A DNA stretch of 64,000 nt from a virus (Duplodnaviria > Caudoviricetes), in IMG/VR virus record IMGVR_UViG_3300031996_000001, positions 18,692 to 82,691 of that record. One strand, 5' to 3'. The notes under the pieces were generated by a model. It did no database searches. It was not told the origin of the DNA and saw nothing but the letters and a program-made list of their open reading frames with translations. The position numbers were made by a program, and so were the translations under genes. Positions 1 through 8,898 of the stretch are shown in pieces. The number at the start of each line of letters is the position of its first letter. The first letter of the stretch is position 1.

Positions 1-2260
1 CGTCGCGGCGCACCCGGTAGGACGCGACCCCGGCGTCATCGGTGCTGGGCGTCCAGCTCACCGTGATCTGGGTCGTCCCGGTCGGCGTGGCCGTGACGTT
101 GCCGGGCTCGGTGGGCGGCGCGACGTCGAAGGTCTTGCTGAGCGTGACCCGCTCGGTGTTGGTCGTGTCCCGGCCGGAGTAGCGGATGGTGATCGCCGTG
201 CCGGTGTCGGTGATGTCGAGCAGGCCGTGCTGCTGCTCGGTGGTGCCGACGGTGGCCTGGGTCGGCCAGGTGCCCTGCGAGTAGGGGCCGCCCTTGATCG
301 AGGTGGAGTTGCCCAGCGGCGCGGCGCCAGCGACCGGCAGCGAGCCGGTGTTGCCGATGCTCGTGCCGTCGTCGGCCAGCAGCGCGTGCGAGTCGCCGTG
401 GATCAGGAAGACCTTGGCGTTGGCCGTGTGGATGGCGTCGACCAGCCGCTGCGCGGCGGCCTTGTAGCCGCCCCACTTGTCCGAACCAGCGGTCGCCACC
501 TCGACATACGGGACGTCCAGGCAGATGACCTTGACCGGGTAGGCCGGGTCGGCCAGCTCGGCGGCGATCCAGGCCTCCTGGGCCGTGCCGAACATCGTCT
601 TGCTGGCGTTGTCCGTCGCCGAGGACGGGCTCTTGAACGACCGGCCGTCGGTCAGGATGAACTTGACCCGGCCGCGCCCGAAGGACCGGTAGATGCCGCC
701 GGTCGGCAGGTCGGCGTCGACCGGGATGACCTCCCGGTAGGCGGCGTTGTAGCTCGGGGTCCAGGCGGCCGGGCCGCCGGTCCAGTCGTTGTTGCCCGAG
801 TCGTGGTCGGACCACTGGTAGGCCAGCGGCATCCGGGTCAGGACGTCGTGCAGGCCGCTGTTGACCGCGATCTGGTTCTCGATCGAGGTCTGGTGAGTGG
901 CCTGGGTGGTCGAGGTGCTGTTGTCGTAGTGCCAGTCGCCGAGGTGCAGGAACAGGTCCGGGGCGTTGGCCAGGATGTTGTCGAAGGACGTCCGGGTGGT
1001 GTTGCCCGAGGTCAGGCAGGACGCGAAGGCGACCCGGAAGCTCTTGACCGCCCCCGGGTTGTCGGTGGTGAACCGGCCGATCGACGTGGAGAGCACGCCG
1101 TCGACCTCGACCTGGTACCAGTACGCGGTGTCCGGCTGCAGGCCGACGATCATGTGACGGCTGTACTGGGAGACGTCCGGCACCTGCACGGGGGTGTAGC
1201 CGACGCCGGTTGACATGCCCGCGTCCTGGGCGACCTTCAGCCGCACCTGGGAGGCGTAGGCGGTCTTCACCGAGACCGGGACCGAGTTGCCCGTCGGGGT
1301 GCCCGCGATGGCGAAGACCAGGCTGCCGCTCGGCGCCGGGGTGGTGACCGAGGCAGCCGCCGACTCCACCGAGCGGTTCCCGGCCGCGTCGGCGGCCGAG
1401 ACGGTGTAGCTGTAGGTGGTCTGCGCGGTCAGCCCGGTGTCCACGAACGACGTGCCGGTGACCGTGGCGACGTCGACCCCGCCCCGCCGCACCCGGTAGC
1501 TGGCCACGGCGGTGTCGTCGGTGCTCGGGCTCCAGGCGACGGTGACCTGGGTCGGCGAGTTGACGGTGGCGGTGACGTTGCTCGGGACGGTGGGCGACAC
1601 CAGGTCGCCGGTGCCGACCTTCGTGCCGGGCCGGAAGGCCACCCCGAGGGAGACGGCAGCGTTGCTGGTCGCGTTGGTCTTGGTGAACTTGGCGGAGCCG
1701 GTCGCCCCGGCGACGGGGAACCCCTCGTAGGCGCTCTCCATCCGCCGCCCGATGCCGGTGGTGTCCAGGATGAGCGTCGTGCCGGGCGGCGGGGTGAAGT
1801 CGTCGGCGGTGACCGCCAGGACCGCCGCCGCGTAGATGACCAGCTCGTTGGCGAGCGTGGTGGTCATCGACGGCACGGTCGGACCGGCGGTGCTGCTGGT
1901 GGCGTTGTTGGCGGTGACGTCGATCGGAGTGGTCGTGTCAACCGCGTTCAGCCGCATCATCTGGGCCGAGATGCGGCTCGCGCCGCTGGTGTTGAAGCCG
2001 GAGAAGGTGTAGCTGGTCGGTTCGCTGGCGGTGGCCCAGCGGTAGAACAGGGCCATGTTGATGCCGACGTTGGTTGACGACTTGCCCAGGGTCCAGCCCG
2101 CCGGGGTGGCGGGCACGGTCGCCGTGGAGGTGGACTCCGCAACGAGGGCGACCAGCAGCTCACCAGCGAGAACCCCACCGGGGACCGCGATGGTGATCGC
2201 TGTGCCGGTGGAGACCTCGGCGAGCGTGGGGCTCCCGGCGATGAACGGCATCTGAGTCAC
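1..2260 (-). CDS. Virion/minor tail protein with FN3 domains and PhoD-like alkaline phosphatase domain (runs off window start)
   Basis: Own translation from GTG 2260, open to position 1: Thr/Ala-rich beta N-terminus, FN3 (PTVPSNVTAT..VAWSPSTDDTAVASYRV..YSYTVSAADAAGNRS), PhoD motifs FRVAFASC, DLFLHLGDWHY, WSDHD, FILTDGRSFK, LIHGDSH, then a second FN3. Confidence 0.85.
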   Translation of the reverse strand, partial: MTQMPFIAGSPTLAEVSTGTAITIAVPGGVLAGELLVALVAESTSTATVPATPAGWTLGKSSTNVGINMALFYRWATASEPTSYTFSGFNTSGASRISAQMMRLNAVDTTTPIDVTANNATSSTAGPTVPSMTTTLANELVIYAAAVLAVTADDFTPPPGTTLILDTTGIGRRMESAYEGFPVAGATGSAKFTKTNATSNAAVSLGVAFRPGTKVGTGDLVSPTVPSNVTATVNSPTQVTVAWSPSTDDTAVASYRVRRGGVDVATVTGTSFVDTGLTAQTTYSYTVSAADAAGNRSVESAAASVTTPAPSGSLVFAIAGTPTGNSVPVSVKTAYASQVRLKVAQDAGMSTGVGYTPVQVPDVSQYSRHMIVGLQPDTAYWYQVEVDGVLSTSIGRFTTDNPGAVKSFRVAFASCLTSGNTTRTSFDNILANAPDLFLHLGDWHYDNSTSTTQATHQTSIENQIAVNSGLHDVLTRMPLAYQWSDHDSGNNDWTGGPAAWTPSYNAAYREVIPVDADLPTGGIYRSFGRGRVKFILTDGRSFKSPSSATDNASKTMFGTAQEAWIAAELADPAYPVKVICLDVPYVEVATAGSDKWGGYKAAAQRLVDAIHTANAKVFLIHGDSHALLADDGTSIGNTGSLPVAGAAPLGNSTSIKGGPYSQGTWPTQATVGTTEQQHGLLDITDTGTAITIRYSGRDTTNTERVTLSKTFDVAPPTEPGNVTATPTGTTQITVSWTPSTDDAGVASYRVRRD

Positions 2261-2326
2261 GCGGCACCACCGGGCATGGTCAGATGATGGCAGGCGGTGA
2301 TCGAGCGATGACGCCGCGCGACGGGG

Positions 2327-2488
2327 TCAGCTCCTCGGCAGGCTGCTCTGCGGGGTCAGATCACAACTCTCGCAGACCGCCCAGGCGGTGGCCTTCCCCT
2401 CCTTGCTGGCCGGGTGGACCACCACGTACTGCCGCTGCCCGCCGCAGCAGTTGCACTTGCGCGTCCGGTTCAGCTGCAGCTCGGCCAT
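2327..2488 (-). CDS. Small Cys-rich hypothetical protein
   Basis: MAELQLNRTRKCNCCGG..VCESCD, two CxxC-like pairs, abuts upstream stop. Confidence 0.5.
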   Translation of the reverse strand: MAELQLNRTRKCNCCGGQRQYVVVHPASKEGKATAWAVCESCDLTPQSSLPRS

Positions 2489-2489
2489 C

Positions 2490-2849
2490 TCACTCGCCGC
2501 CGCCCCCGTGCACCGGCTTCCCCGCCTGGGTCCAGCCGCTGGTCGCGTAGGCCCGCACCTTCTTGCTGAAGTGCCGGGCCAGCTCGGTGGGGACGTCCCC
2601 GTTGTGGATCATCAGCTGGCGCATGAACTCGTGGATCGAGTAGTGGCCGTTGCAGCAGACCGAGATCCGGTTGGCCGCGACGTTCGGTCCGCCGAGGCCT
2701 TCGGGCCAGACGTGGTGGGACTCGATCGGCACCCACTCGCGGTGCCGGTGGACGACGCACTCCTCGCCCATCGGCATGGTCGCCACCAGGTGGGCATGGC
2801 CCGCATCGTGGATGCTGGGCTCAGCTACCGACTGCGCGTTCGCCGTCAC
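2490..2849 (-). CDS. HNH-endonuclease-like protein
   Basis: ESHHVWPEGLGGPNVAANRISVCCNGHYSIH matches the HNH pattern. Confidence 0.65.
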   Translation of the reverse strand: MTANAQSVAEPSIHDAGHAHLVATMPMGEECVVHRHREWVPIESHHVWPEGLGGPNVAANRISVCCNGHYSIHEFMRQLMIHNGDVPTELARHFSKKVRAYATSGWTQAGKPVHGGGGE

Positions 2850-2950
2850 ACACAGAGAGTGTCATGGGCGGGTCGAGGGTTCGGTCCCGCCGCAGTGGCA
2901 TCCGAAGTGCCTGCGCGAACACGGCGACGAGAGCATCCTCGACCCGGGCT

Positions 2951-3316
2951 TCACGCTTCTGTCTCTGGGCCGCGACCTCGTCCATGAGCGCAGTGTGCGG
3001 GATCGACTCCGCTCTCCCGGGGACCTCGGTCGTTCCCTGCGCTCGCGCGTGTCGCTACAGCGGCTGTACCGAGATCGGCCGGGAAGCACAGGTTGCACCT
3101 GGTTGACACGGTTGAGGGCGCAGTCCCCTCTCGCTGGGTCGGTAACCTCACCGGAAGCCGAGAGCCCGGACCCGCTTCCCAGGGGTCCGGGCTCTTGCGT
3201 TCGTCGGCGATCCGGATGCCGCGACCGATGAACAGCGCGCCCAGCAGGCCCACGGCCAGCCAGGCGCCCAGCCCGATCAGGACGATCGTGAGCAGGAAGA
3301 ACCAGTCGATGATCAT
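2951..3316 (-). CDS. Hypothetical membrane protein
   Basis: MIIDWFFLLTIVLIGLGAW.. N-terminal TM; ATGA overlap with upstream gene; 3' part has poor codon bias. Confidence 0.4.
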   Translation of the reverse strand: MIIDWFFLLTIVLIGLGAWLAVGLLGALFIGRGIRIADERKSPDPWEAGPGSRLPVRLPTQREGTAPSTVSTRCNLCFPADLGTAAVATRASAGNDRGPRESGVDPAHCAHGRGRGPETEA

Positions 3317-3546
3317 CGGGCTCCCTGGTTGGTCTCCTCGTCCTGCTTGGCTTCCACCCGCGCCGCCTGCCAGGCCGAGAACGACCCCAGGAACAGCGCG
3401 ATCATCGAGACGAAGCTGACGAAGATGACGCTCTCCAGCCAGCCCAGGGCGTAGGCCACGGCGGTGAACGGCAGCCAGAACGCCGTGCACCAGCCGTGGA
3501 AGGCCCGCAGGAAGTTCGGGCGCCCGAACAGCGCGAAGATCCTCAC
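3313..3546 (-). CDS. Hypothetical membrane protein
   Basis: MRIFALFGRPNFLRAFHGW.. two hydrophobic segments; GTGA overlap. Confidence 0.6.
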   Translation of the reverse strand: MRIFALFGRPNFLRAFHGWCTAFWLPFTAVAYALGWLESVIFVSFVSMIALFLGSFSAWQAARVEAKQDEETNQGAR

Positions 3547-3719
3547 CGGGCGACCCGGCGGTGCTCCCGGCCGTCCAGGCTCATGTGCATGTAGGCGGCC
3601 ACCAGCTCGTCGGGGCCGAACGCGCGGGCGACCAACGTGCTGGCCGGGCCGCAGACGCAGTCGGCGGAGCGCTCGTGCTCGATGAGGTCGCCGACCGGGA
3701 TGATGTGCATCGGCTTCAC
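3543..3719 (-). CDS. Small hypothetical protein (HIIPVGDLIEH..CVCGP..HMSLDGRE type)
   Basis: GTGA overlap, GC3-rich codons. Confidence 0.6.
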   Translation of the reverse strand: MKPMHIIPVGDLIEHERSADCVCGPASTLVARAFGPDELVAAYMHMSLDGREHRRVAR

Positions 3720-3994
3720 GCCGCTGCCACCGCCAGCAGCTCGATGTCCTCGTCGCCGAGGTCCATGTCAACCGAGCACGGGCACCAGCCGGGGCACATC
3801 GCGGCGACGCCCTGGTGCACGCCCAGCTTCTCGAAGACCCAGCACTTCAGCTCGTCGGGGGCGTTGAGCCAGTCGGTGAGCAGGACCGGTCGCAGCGCGA
3901 GGAGCGCGAGGGCCGTCCGGACCACGCGACCTCCACGGCCATCCAGAGCGCGGTCCCGAAGGCCAGCCAGTCGCTCCACCGCAGGTGCACTCAC
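3716..3994 (-). CDS. Hypothetical protein
   Basis: ORF track; 4-bp overlaps on both sides. Confidence 0.55.
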   Translation of the reverse strand: MSAPAVERLAGLRDRALDGRGGRVVRTALALLALRPVLLTDWLNAPDELKCWVFEKLGVHQGVAAMCPGWCPCSVDMDLGDEDIELLAVAAA

Positions 3995-4083
3995 GACGCC
4001 CTCCGCTCGACTGGCTCAGGGAAGGGCAGCTCCAGCTGGCCCTCGACGGTCTCGCGCGGGTCCAGGGTCGTCCGGCGCGTCAT
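3991..4083 (-). CDS. 30-aa hypothetical protein
   Basis: ATGA overlap with thyX stop, GTGA overlap with next gene. Confidence 0.4.
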   Translation of the reverse strand: MTRRTTLDPRETVEGQLELPFPEPVERRAS

Positions 4084-4805
4084 GGCGCGACCCGGCCGAA
4101 CTCGCAGAACGCGGCGTGGGTGATCGGCATCAGGGTCTCCAGGGCGTCCTCGTACCCCGCCGCGACCTGCTGGATCTCCCACATCGGCTTGCTCGGGTAG
4201 GCCGCCGCCGGGTCCTCGGTGCGCAGGCTCAGGAAGGCCATCAGCGACCGGGCGTTGCAGGTCGTCCAGTAGGTGGTCATCAGGTTGACCGGCAGCACCA
4301 TCCGGGCCACCTCGCGGGCGACGCCGCTGGCCAGCAGCGACTCGTACTCGCGGAAGGCCTCCCGGGCCAGCCGGGACAGCGAGCCGGTCACCTGGGCCCG
4401 CTGGAGGTAGCTGCCGGGCTGGATGTCGTAGGACATCGCCTTGCCGACCTGGGTCAGCCCGCGCTCGCTCGGGGGGATGTAGAACGTCGGGTCGAAGGCC
4501 TTGAACCGGCCGGACTCGCCGTTGTAGCTCCAGCCGATGCGGTGCCGCAGGTGCTCGGTGGCCACGCAGAGCGGCATCTGCACCCGGAAGCTGAAGGAGT
4601 TGTGCTCGAACGGGCTGCCGTGTCGGTCGCGCATCAGGGCCCGGATCAGGCCTTCCACCGGCCGGTCGATGTCCTCGGCCATCTGCCCGGCGGTTGACAC
4701 GCGGGCGGCCGAGGCTACGAAGGCGTCCCGGGCGTTGGCGCTGGAGACCAGCTCGACGCTGATCTGACTGGTGAGCTGAACGTCCTGCACATCACTGGCT
4801 GCCAC
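4080..4805 (-). CDS. thyX: FAD-dependent thymidylate synthase ThyX
   Basis: HGSPFEH, EHLRHRIGWSYNGESGRF, EVARMVLPVNLMT..NARSLMAFLSLR signature motifs. Confidence 0.95.
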   Translation of the reverse strand: MAASDVQDVQLTSQISVELVSSANARDAFVASAARVSTAGQMAEDIDRPVEGLIRALMRDRHGSPFEHNSFSFRVQMPLCVATEHLRHRIGWSYNGESGRFKAFDPTFYIPPSERGLTQVGKAMSYDIQPGSYLQRAQVTGSLSRLAREAFREYESLLASGVAREVARMVLPVNLMTTYWTTCNARSLMAFLSLRTEDPAAAYPSKPMWEIQQVAAGYEDALETLMPITHAAFCEFGRVAP

Positions 4806-5007
4806 GAACCGTGTCTACAGGGTGACCCTCGATCGGAGTGTTCCGCCGCCGCAGCAGTAGGTTGACGCCCACCGCGCCGCTGATGCAGACCGAGCAGGGC
4901 ACCGTCGCGGCGTCGATGCCGAGCATCAGCCCGTAGACCAGCATGAAGACCCCGGCGAACCCGAAGATCACCATCACGTCGCACAGGAAGCGGTCCCAGG
5001 GGTTCAT
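4792..5007 (-). CDS. Small membrane protein
   Basis: Two hydrophobic segments, overlaps neighbours. Confidence 0.55.
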   Translation of the reverse strand: MNPWDRFLCDVMVIFGFAGVFMLVYGLMLGIDAATVPCSVCISGAVGVNLLLRRRNTPIEGHPVDTVRGSQ

Positions 5008-5465
5008 CGGACCAGCGCTACCCGGGCGCGCGGCTGCTCACGCAGGTCCGGGATCACCCAGCCCCGTCGGGTCATGTCGTTGACGACGTCGGTCTTGTAG
5101 CCGATCGCCAGGCCCGCCTCCACCAGCTTCCAGGCGTCGCGGGTCTGCACCCGCATGTAGGGCAGGCAGCCGTGCAGGACGATCGTTGCGCGGGCCCCAG
5201 TGACCTGCCAGCGCAGCGAGGAGGACTCGATGCGCATGTGTTTGTCCGGGCAGTGCTCGGTGCACTGATGGCGGTTGTAGGCCTTCGGGATCGAGCGCAC
5301 CTTGACCCCGGTGACCAGGGCCAGCCAGTCCAGCGCGGCGATCCGCCCCTGGATGGTCACCTCGGGCAGGCCGGTCCCCCGGTAGTCCCGTACCCGGAGC
5401 ACCGCGAAGGAGTCGACCAGGGCGGCGGCGTAGGCCAGGTCAGCGGGCTCCAGTTTGGTTGACAC
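5004..5465 (-). CDS. Degenerate LAGLIDADG-fold protein
   Basis: ADLAYAAALVDSFAVLRV resembles a LAGLIDADG helix; ..LRWQVTGARATIVLHGCLPYMRVQ; likely start GTG 5465. Confidence 0.55.
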   Translation of the reverse strand: MSTKLEPADLAYAAALVDSFAVLRVRDYRGTGLPEVTIQGRIAALDWLALVTGVKVRSIPKAYNRHQCTEHCPDKHMRIESSSLRWQVTGARATIVLHGCLPYMRVQTRDAWKLVEAGLAIGYKTDVVNDMTRRGWVIPDLREQPRARVALVR

Positions 5466-5490
5466 AGCCCTGAATACTACGGTGGCGCGG
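5457..5490. promoter_or_regulatory. Overlapping divergent promoters with GGTTGACAC site
   Basis: + strand TTGACA(5459-64)-8nt-AATACT(5473-78); - strand TAGTAT upstream of GTG 5465. Confidence 0.5.
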
Positions 5491-5798
5491 TGCAGCTCTG
5501 GTGGCATCTCTACGGCGCGGACATCCCGGAGAAGGGCTACGCCTGCCAACTGCTGATCGGCGGCACCGACAAGGGGCCCGACGACATCCCCGCCACGATG
5601 CCCTTCGAGCTGGGCACGGTCATCGAGGACGGCACGACCGCCCGCCAGCTCCCCCGGCTCGGGTCATGGGACCACCGGCCGACGATCGCCGAGCAGAACG
5701 CCGTGCGGATCTTCGGCGGCCTGGACCCGGAGGTCCCGGCCGACAACGTGGACGACTACGGCGACGACCTCGACGGGCACCAGGACGACGACTGGTGA
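5490..5798 (+). CDS. Acidic hypothetical protein
   Basis: ORF track, GC3-rich codons. Confidence 0.6.
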   Translation: MQLWWHLYGADIPEKGYACQLLIGGTDKGPDDIPATMPFELGTVIEDGTTARQLPRLGSWDHRPTIAEQNAVRIFGGLDPEVPADNVDDYGDDLDGHQDDDW

Positions 5799-5800
5799 GG

Positions 5801-6604
5801 TCAGAAGACGCTGGTCAGCTTGTAGTTGCAGCCGATCTCGATGATCTGGCCCGCCAGCGGGGTGTCGAAGCGGCCGGAGGTGAAGACGACCTCGAAGTGC
5901 CCCTTGGTCGTGTTCGCCGTGACTTCGTAGTTCAGCGTGGCCGTGATGCCGTCGCCGAACAGACCGTTGAGCGTGCCGGTCTTCACGGTGCCCGGGTGGA
6001 AGACGATGTAGGCGCCGCCGAACCAGACGCTGTAGATCGCGTTGGGCGCGTCGGTGTCGCTGGGCGCGATCGGCCAGTCACCGGTCAGCGTGAAGGCCTC
6101 CTGGGAGCCCATGTCGGCGCCGAGGACGTGCTGGAACTTGTTGAGCACCGGCATGTTGATGCCCCAGCTGTAGGCCGAGATGTGGTCGGCCGGGACCACT
6201 CCCCCACCGCCAGCGGGCGCCGGGGGCGGGGTGGGCAGCGCGGAGAGCCGGGAGATCAGCTCGTCCTCGGTGACCAGGTCGACCAGCGGGCCGTCCAGAT
6301 TGTCCAGGATGGCGATCCGCGCGATCGAGACCGTCGTCGCCGGGATCTCCATCGGCACCCGGACGACCACCGGGTGGTCCTCGATGCCGGTGACCACGTA
6401 GGTCGGGGTGCCGTGCCCGGGGTACTTGGGCAGGTCCCAGGTCAGGTTGCCGTGGCTGTCGCTGATCGCGTTGACCACGCCGACCTTCTGGAAGGTCCCC
6501 GGCGTCGGGCTGTCCGGCCCACCCAGGTAGACCGCGACCTGCGCCTTCCGCCCCGAGATCGGGTGGTTGCTGCCGTCGACTACTACGTGGCTGAGGGTGG
6601 TCAC
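5801..6604 (-). CDS. Putative structural (minor tail/fibre-like) protein
   Basis: Beta-rich Gly/Thr composition, Pro linker; CATCCT-6nt-GTG leaderless start. Confidence 0.55.
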   Translation of the reverse strand: MTTLSHVVVDGSNHPISGRKAQVAVYLGGPDSPTPGTFQKVGVVNAISDSHGNLTWDLPKYPGHGTPTYVVTGIEDHPVVVRVPMEIPATTVSIARIAILDNLDGPLVDLVTEDELISRLSALPTPPPAPAGGGGVVPADHISAYSWGINMPVLNKFQHVLGADMGSQEAFTLTGDWPIAPSDTDAPNAIYSVWFGGAYIVFHPGTVKTGTLNGLFGDGITATLNYEVTANTTKGHFEVVFTSGRFDTPLAGQIIEIGCNYKLTSVF

Positions 6605-6651
6605 GAACCCAGGATGACAGGTCCACTACGCGCAGTGATGGACGCGGTCCG

Positions 6652-6690
6652 TGTTGACACTGTTGACACGAAGGGTGCATACTCTCCGCA
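6652..6690 (+). promoter_or_regulatory. SigA-like leaderless promoter with tandem TTGACA
   Basis: TTGACA 6654-59, second TTGACA 6663-68, CATACT 6678-83, 6 nt, ATG 6690. Confidence 0.85.
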
Positions 6691-6950
6691 TGGTCACTTG
6701 CCCGAGCTGCGGTCACGCCTTCCACCCGAAGGCCTGCACCCCCTGCCCACCCGAACCGCCCGTCGGCACCTGGATGAAGGACCGCTTCGGCGGCACCACC
6801 CAGCGCCGCGTCTACCAGGGCCACGACGGCTGGGGGCAGCCCGGCGTCTGGAACTACGGCGTCTGGGAGTCCATGTGGGCCGCGCGCGGCCCCTACACCG
6901 AGTGCGGCCCCTGGGGCGCCGAACTGACCACCAACCAGAAGGAGGCCTGA
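6690..6950 (+). CDS. Hypothetical protein (CPSC..CTPC zinc ribbon)
   Basis: Leaderless ATG after promoter. Confidence 0.65.
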   Translation: MVTCPSCGHAFHPKACTPCPPEPPVGTWMKDRFGGTTQRRVYQGHDGWGQPGVWNYGVWESMWAARGPYTECGPWGAELTTNQKEA

Positions 6951-6951
6951 C

Positions 6952-7347
6952 ATGGCCCAGCGTGTGATCACCTACGTCCAGTACACCGACGACCTGACCG
7001 GCGAGGAGTTCGGCGAGCAGGACGGCGAGACCGTCGTCTACGCCATCGACGGCGCGCACTACGAGATCGACCTGGTCGCCTCGAACGCCAAGGCGCTGCG
7101 CGAGCTGCTGGCGCCCTACCTGCAGGTGTCCCGCAAGACGGTTGACACGCGCGGCCGGAAGCTCGTGAAGGGCGGCGGTCAGGGCACCCACCCGGAGAAG
7201 AAGCGCCGCCGGACCAAGGACGAGATGGCGCGCATCCGCGCCTGGGCCAAGGAGAACGGCTACCCGACCGGGGAGAACACGACCACGCCCAACCGCGTCC
7301 CCTTCGACACCGTGCAGGCCTACGCCCGGCTGGTGGAGGAGGCGTGA
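6952..7347 (+). CDS. lsr2: Lsr2-like nucleoid-associated protein
   Basis: YTDDLTG..YAIDGAHYEIDLVASNAKALRELLAPY and IRAWAKENGY..RVP..VQAY motifs; AGGAGG RBS. Confidence 0.9.
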   Translation: MAQRVITYVQYTDDLTGEEFGEQDGETVVYAIDGAHYEIDLVASNAKALRELLAPYLQVSRKTVDTRGRKLVKGGGQGTHPEKKRRRTKDEMARIRAWAKENGYPTGENTTTPNRVPFDTVQAYARLVEEA

Positions 7348-7565
7348 TCAAGGCCGTCGCCACTCAGAAGGACGGCAGCACGGCGGTGTTCCTGGGGCTG
7401 TCCCGGGAGAACGTCGACCGGCTGCTGGCCAACCAGCCGATCGCGGTCAAGCTGCGCGAGCTGCACCCGGACCTGCCCGACCTCACGGTCATCCTGCTGG
7501 GCGGGGAGACCGAGGCGGACATCGCCGAGGACCTGCGGGTGCTCGGTCCGATGCCCTCTAGTTGA
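7344..7565 (+). CDS. Hypothetical protein
   Basis: GTGA overlap; FLGLSRENVDRLLANQPI. Confidence 0.6.
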   Translation: MIKAVATQKDGSTAVFLGLSRENVDRLLANQPIAVKLRELHPDLPDLTVILLGGETEADIAEDLRVLGPMPSS

Positions 7566-7598
7566 CATTGTTGACAAGCGTGCCATACCATGAGGGCA
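7560..7598 (+). promoter_or_regulatory. SigA-like leaderless promoter with tandem TTGACA
   Basis: TTGACA 7562-67, TTGACA 7571-76, TACCAT 7586-91, 6 nt, ATGACGCAG 7598. Confidence 0.85.
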
Positions 7599-7897
7599 TG
7601 ACGCAGATGGATGGCCCCAGCCTCGATGACCTCCTCCCCTTCCGGCACGTCGCTCAGGAGCAGCAGGACCTGATCCTCGGCCTGGACCACCTGGACGACG
7701 GCGAGAAGGCCAGCGTGCTGAGCACCCTGGACGACATCGCCAGCGGTGACTACTTCTGGCCGCGCACCGAGGAGCAGCTGCACGACTCGATGGCCGACGT
7801 CTACGGCCTCGTGCGCGGCTCGGACGGCCTCTGGCGGGACGCGCTGGTGCCCGATGGCAAGGGCGGCTGGGTGCTCGACCCGTCGGTGGTCGCGTGA
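7598..7897 (+). CDS. Hypothetical protein (MTQ start)
   Basis: Leaderless start, GC3-rich. Confidence 0.7.
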   Translation: MTQMDGPSLDDLLPFRHVAQEQQDLILGLDHLDDGEKASVLSTLDDIASGDYFWPRTEEQLHDSMADVYGLVRGSDGLWRDALVPDGKGGWVLDPSVVA

Positions 7898-8304
7898 GCG
7901 CCAAGCCCCGCCCGCGCCCCTGCGCGTCCTGCCCCTACCGGCGGGACGTGCCCAGCGGCGTGTGGGCGGCCGAGGAGTACGAGAAGCTGCCCGGCTACGA
8001 CGGGGACACCGCCTACCAGCACCCCAGCGCCTTCTTCTGCCACGCGCAGGACGGCTCGGTCTGCTCGGGCTGGCTCGGGCACACCGACCCCTATCACCTG
8101 CTCGGGGTGCGCCTCGGGATCTCGATGGGGACCCTGGACCCGGCCTGCGCGGAGTACACGACCGACGTCCCGCTGTTCGCCAGCGGTCAAGAAGCGGCCG
8201 AGCACGGAGTCGCTGACATTCAAGATCCATCGCCGAAAGCGGCGGAGATCATTCGCAAGATCATTCACAAGCGACGGGTCGAAAGGCTGCGGGGAAAGCC
8301 ATGA
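7894..8304 (+). CDS. DUF6283-like Cys-rich protein
   Basis: PCASCPYRRDVPSGVW..FFCH..CSGW pattern. Confidence 0.7.
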   Translation: MSAKPRPRPCASCPYRRDVPSGVWAAEEYEKLPGYDGDTAYQHPSAFFCHAQDGSVCSGWLGHTDPYHLLGVRLGISMGTLDPACAEYTTDVPLFASGQEAAEHGVADIQDPSPKAAEIIRKIIHKRRVERLRGKP

Positions 8305-8474
8305 TCAGCAAGGCCACGAAGTGGAAGTTCTTGGCGGTCAACGGCTGGTTGATCTTCTTCGGCGCCGTGATTGGTTGGTCTTCACCAACATTTCCGTGGG
8401 GCGTCTTGGCCATCGCCGTGGGACTCAGCTGCCTGGCTGTCTCGGCCACGCTGAAGGAGCGGGACCGGCACTGA
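8301..8474 (+). CDS. Small membrane protein
   Basis: MISKATKWKFLAVNGWLIFFG.. two TM segments; ATGA overlap. Confidence 0.5.
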   Translation: MISKATKWKFLAVNGWLIFFGAVIGWSSPTFPWGVLAIAVGLSCLAVSATLKERDRH

Positions 8475-8547
8475 GCCGGAAGTTACCGGCGAGTCAGACG
8501 CCGCTTTGGCTTGTGGCCGTCTTAGTTGACATGGTCCCCTATTCAAC

Positions 8548-8811
8548 GTGGGCGCAGACACACCCCGACTTGGTCGCTACTTCGGAACGCAGGAGCAGGT
8601 GGATTCCTGGCAGGGAGACTGCACAGCGAAGCACCCAACCTTCGGTGTGCTCTGCCTTCTCAGTGGTCACCCGCACCGCGTCAGCCACTTCGCTAGAGGC
8701 GTCACAGACGACGGCCAGATGTGGCAGTTGCACTGGTGGCTACCGCGCGCTCAGCACGAAGCGCCGGACATGAAGGCCGACCACGTTCCGGAGTGGGCCG
8801 AGGTCATCTAG
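8548..8811 (+). CDS. Hypothetical protein
   Basis: ORF track; AGTTGACAT at 8524 upstream. Confidence 0.5.
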   Translation: MGADTPRLGRYFGTQEQVDSWQGDCTAKHPTFGVLCLLSGHPHRVSHFARGVTDDGQMWQLHWWLPRAQHEAPDMKADHVPEWAEVI

Positions 8812-8898
8812 GCCATCTCGTAGGCTGTCCAGCACAGACGGGTTGACCCCAAAGGTGCTCGGCTGCTCTGTCCCTTCGAGCAGCTGGAGGCTGCCCGC

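Noticed and set aside
2824-2985. Possible extra small ORF MDEVAAQRQKREARVEDALV..
   Set aside because: No RBS, weak codon bias and competing frames; not supportable
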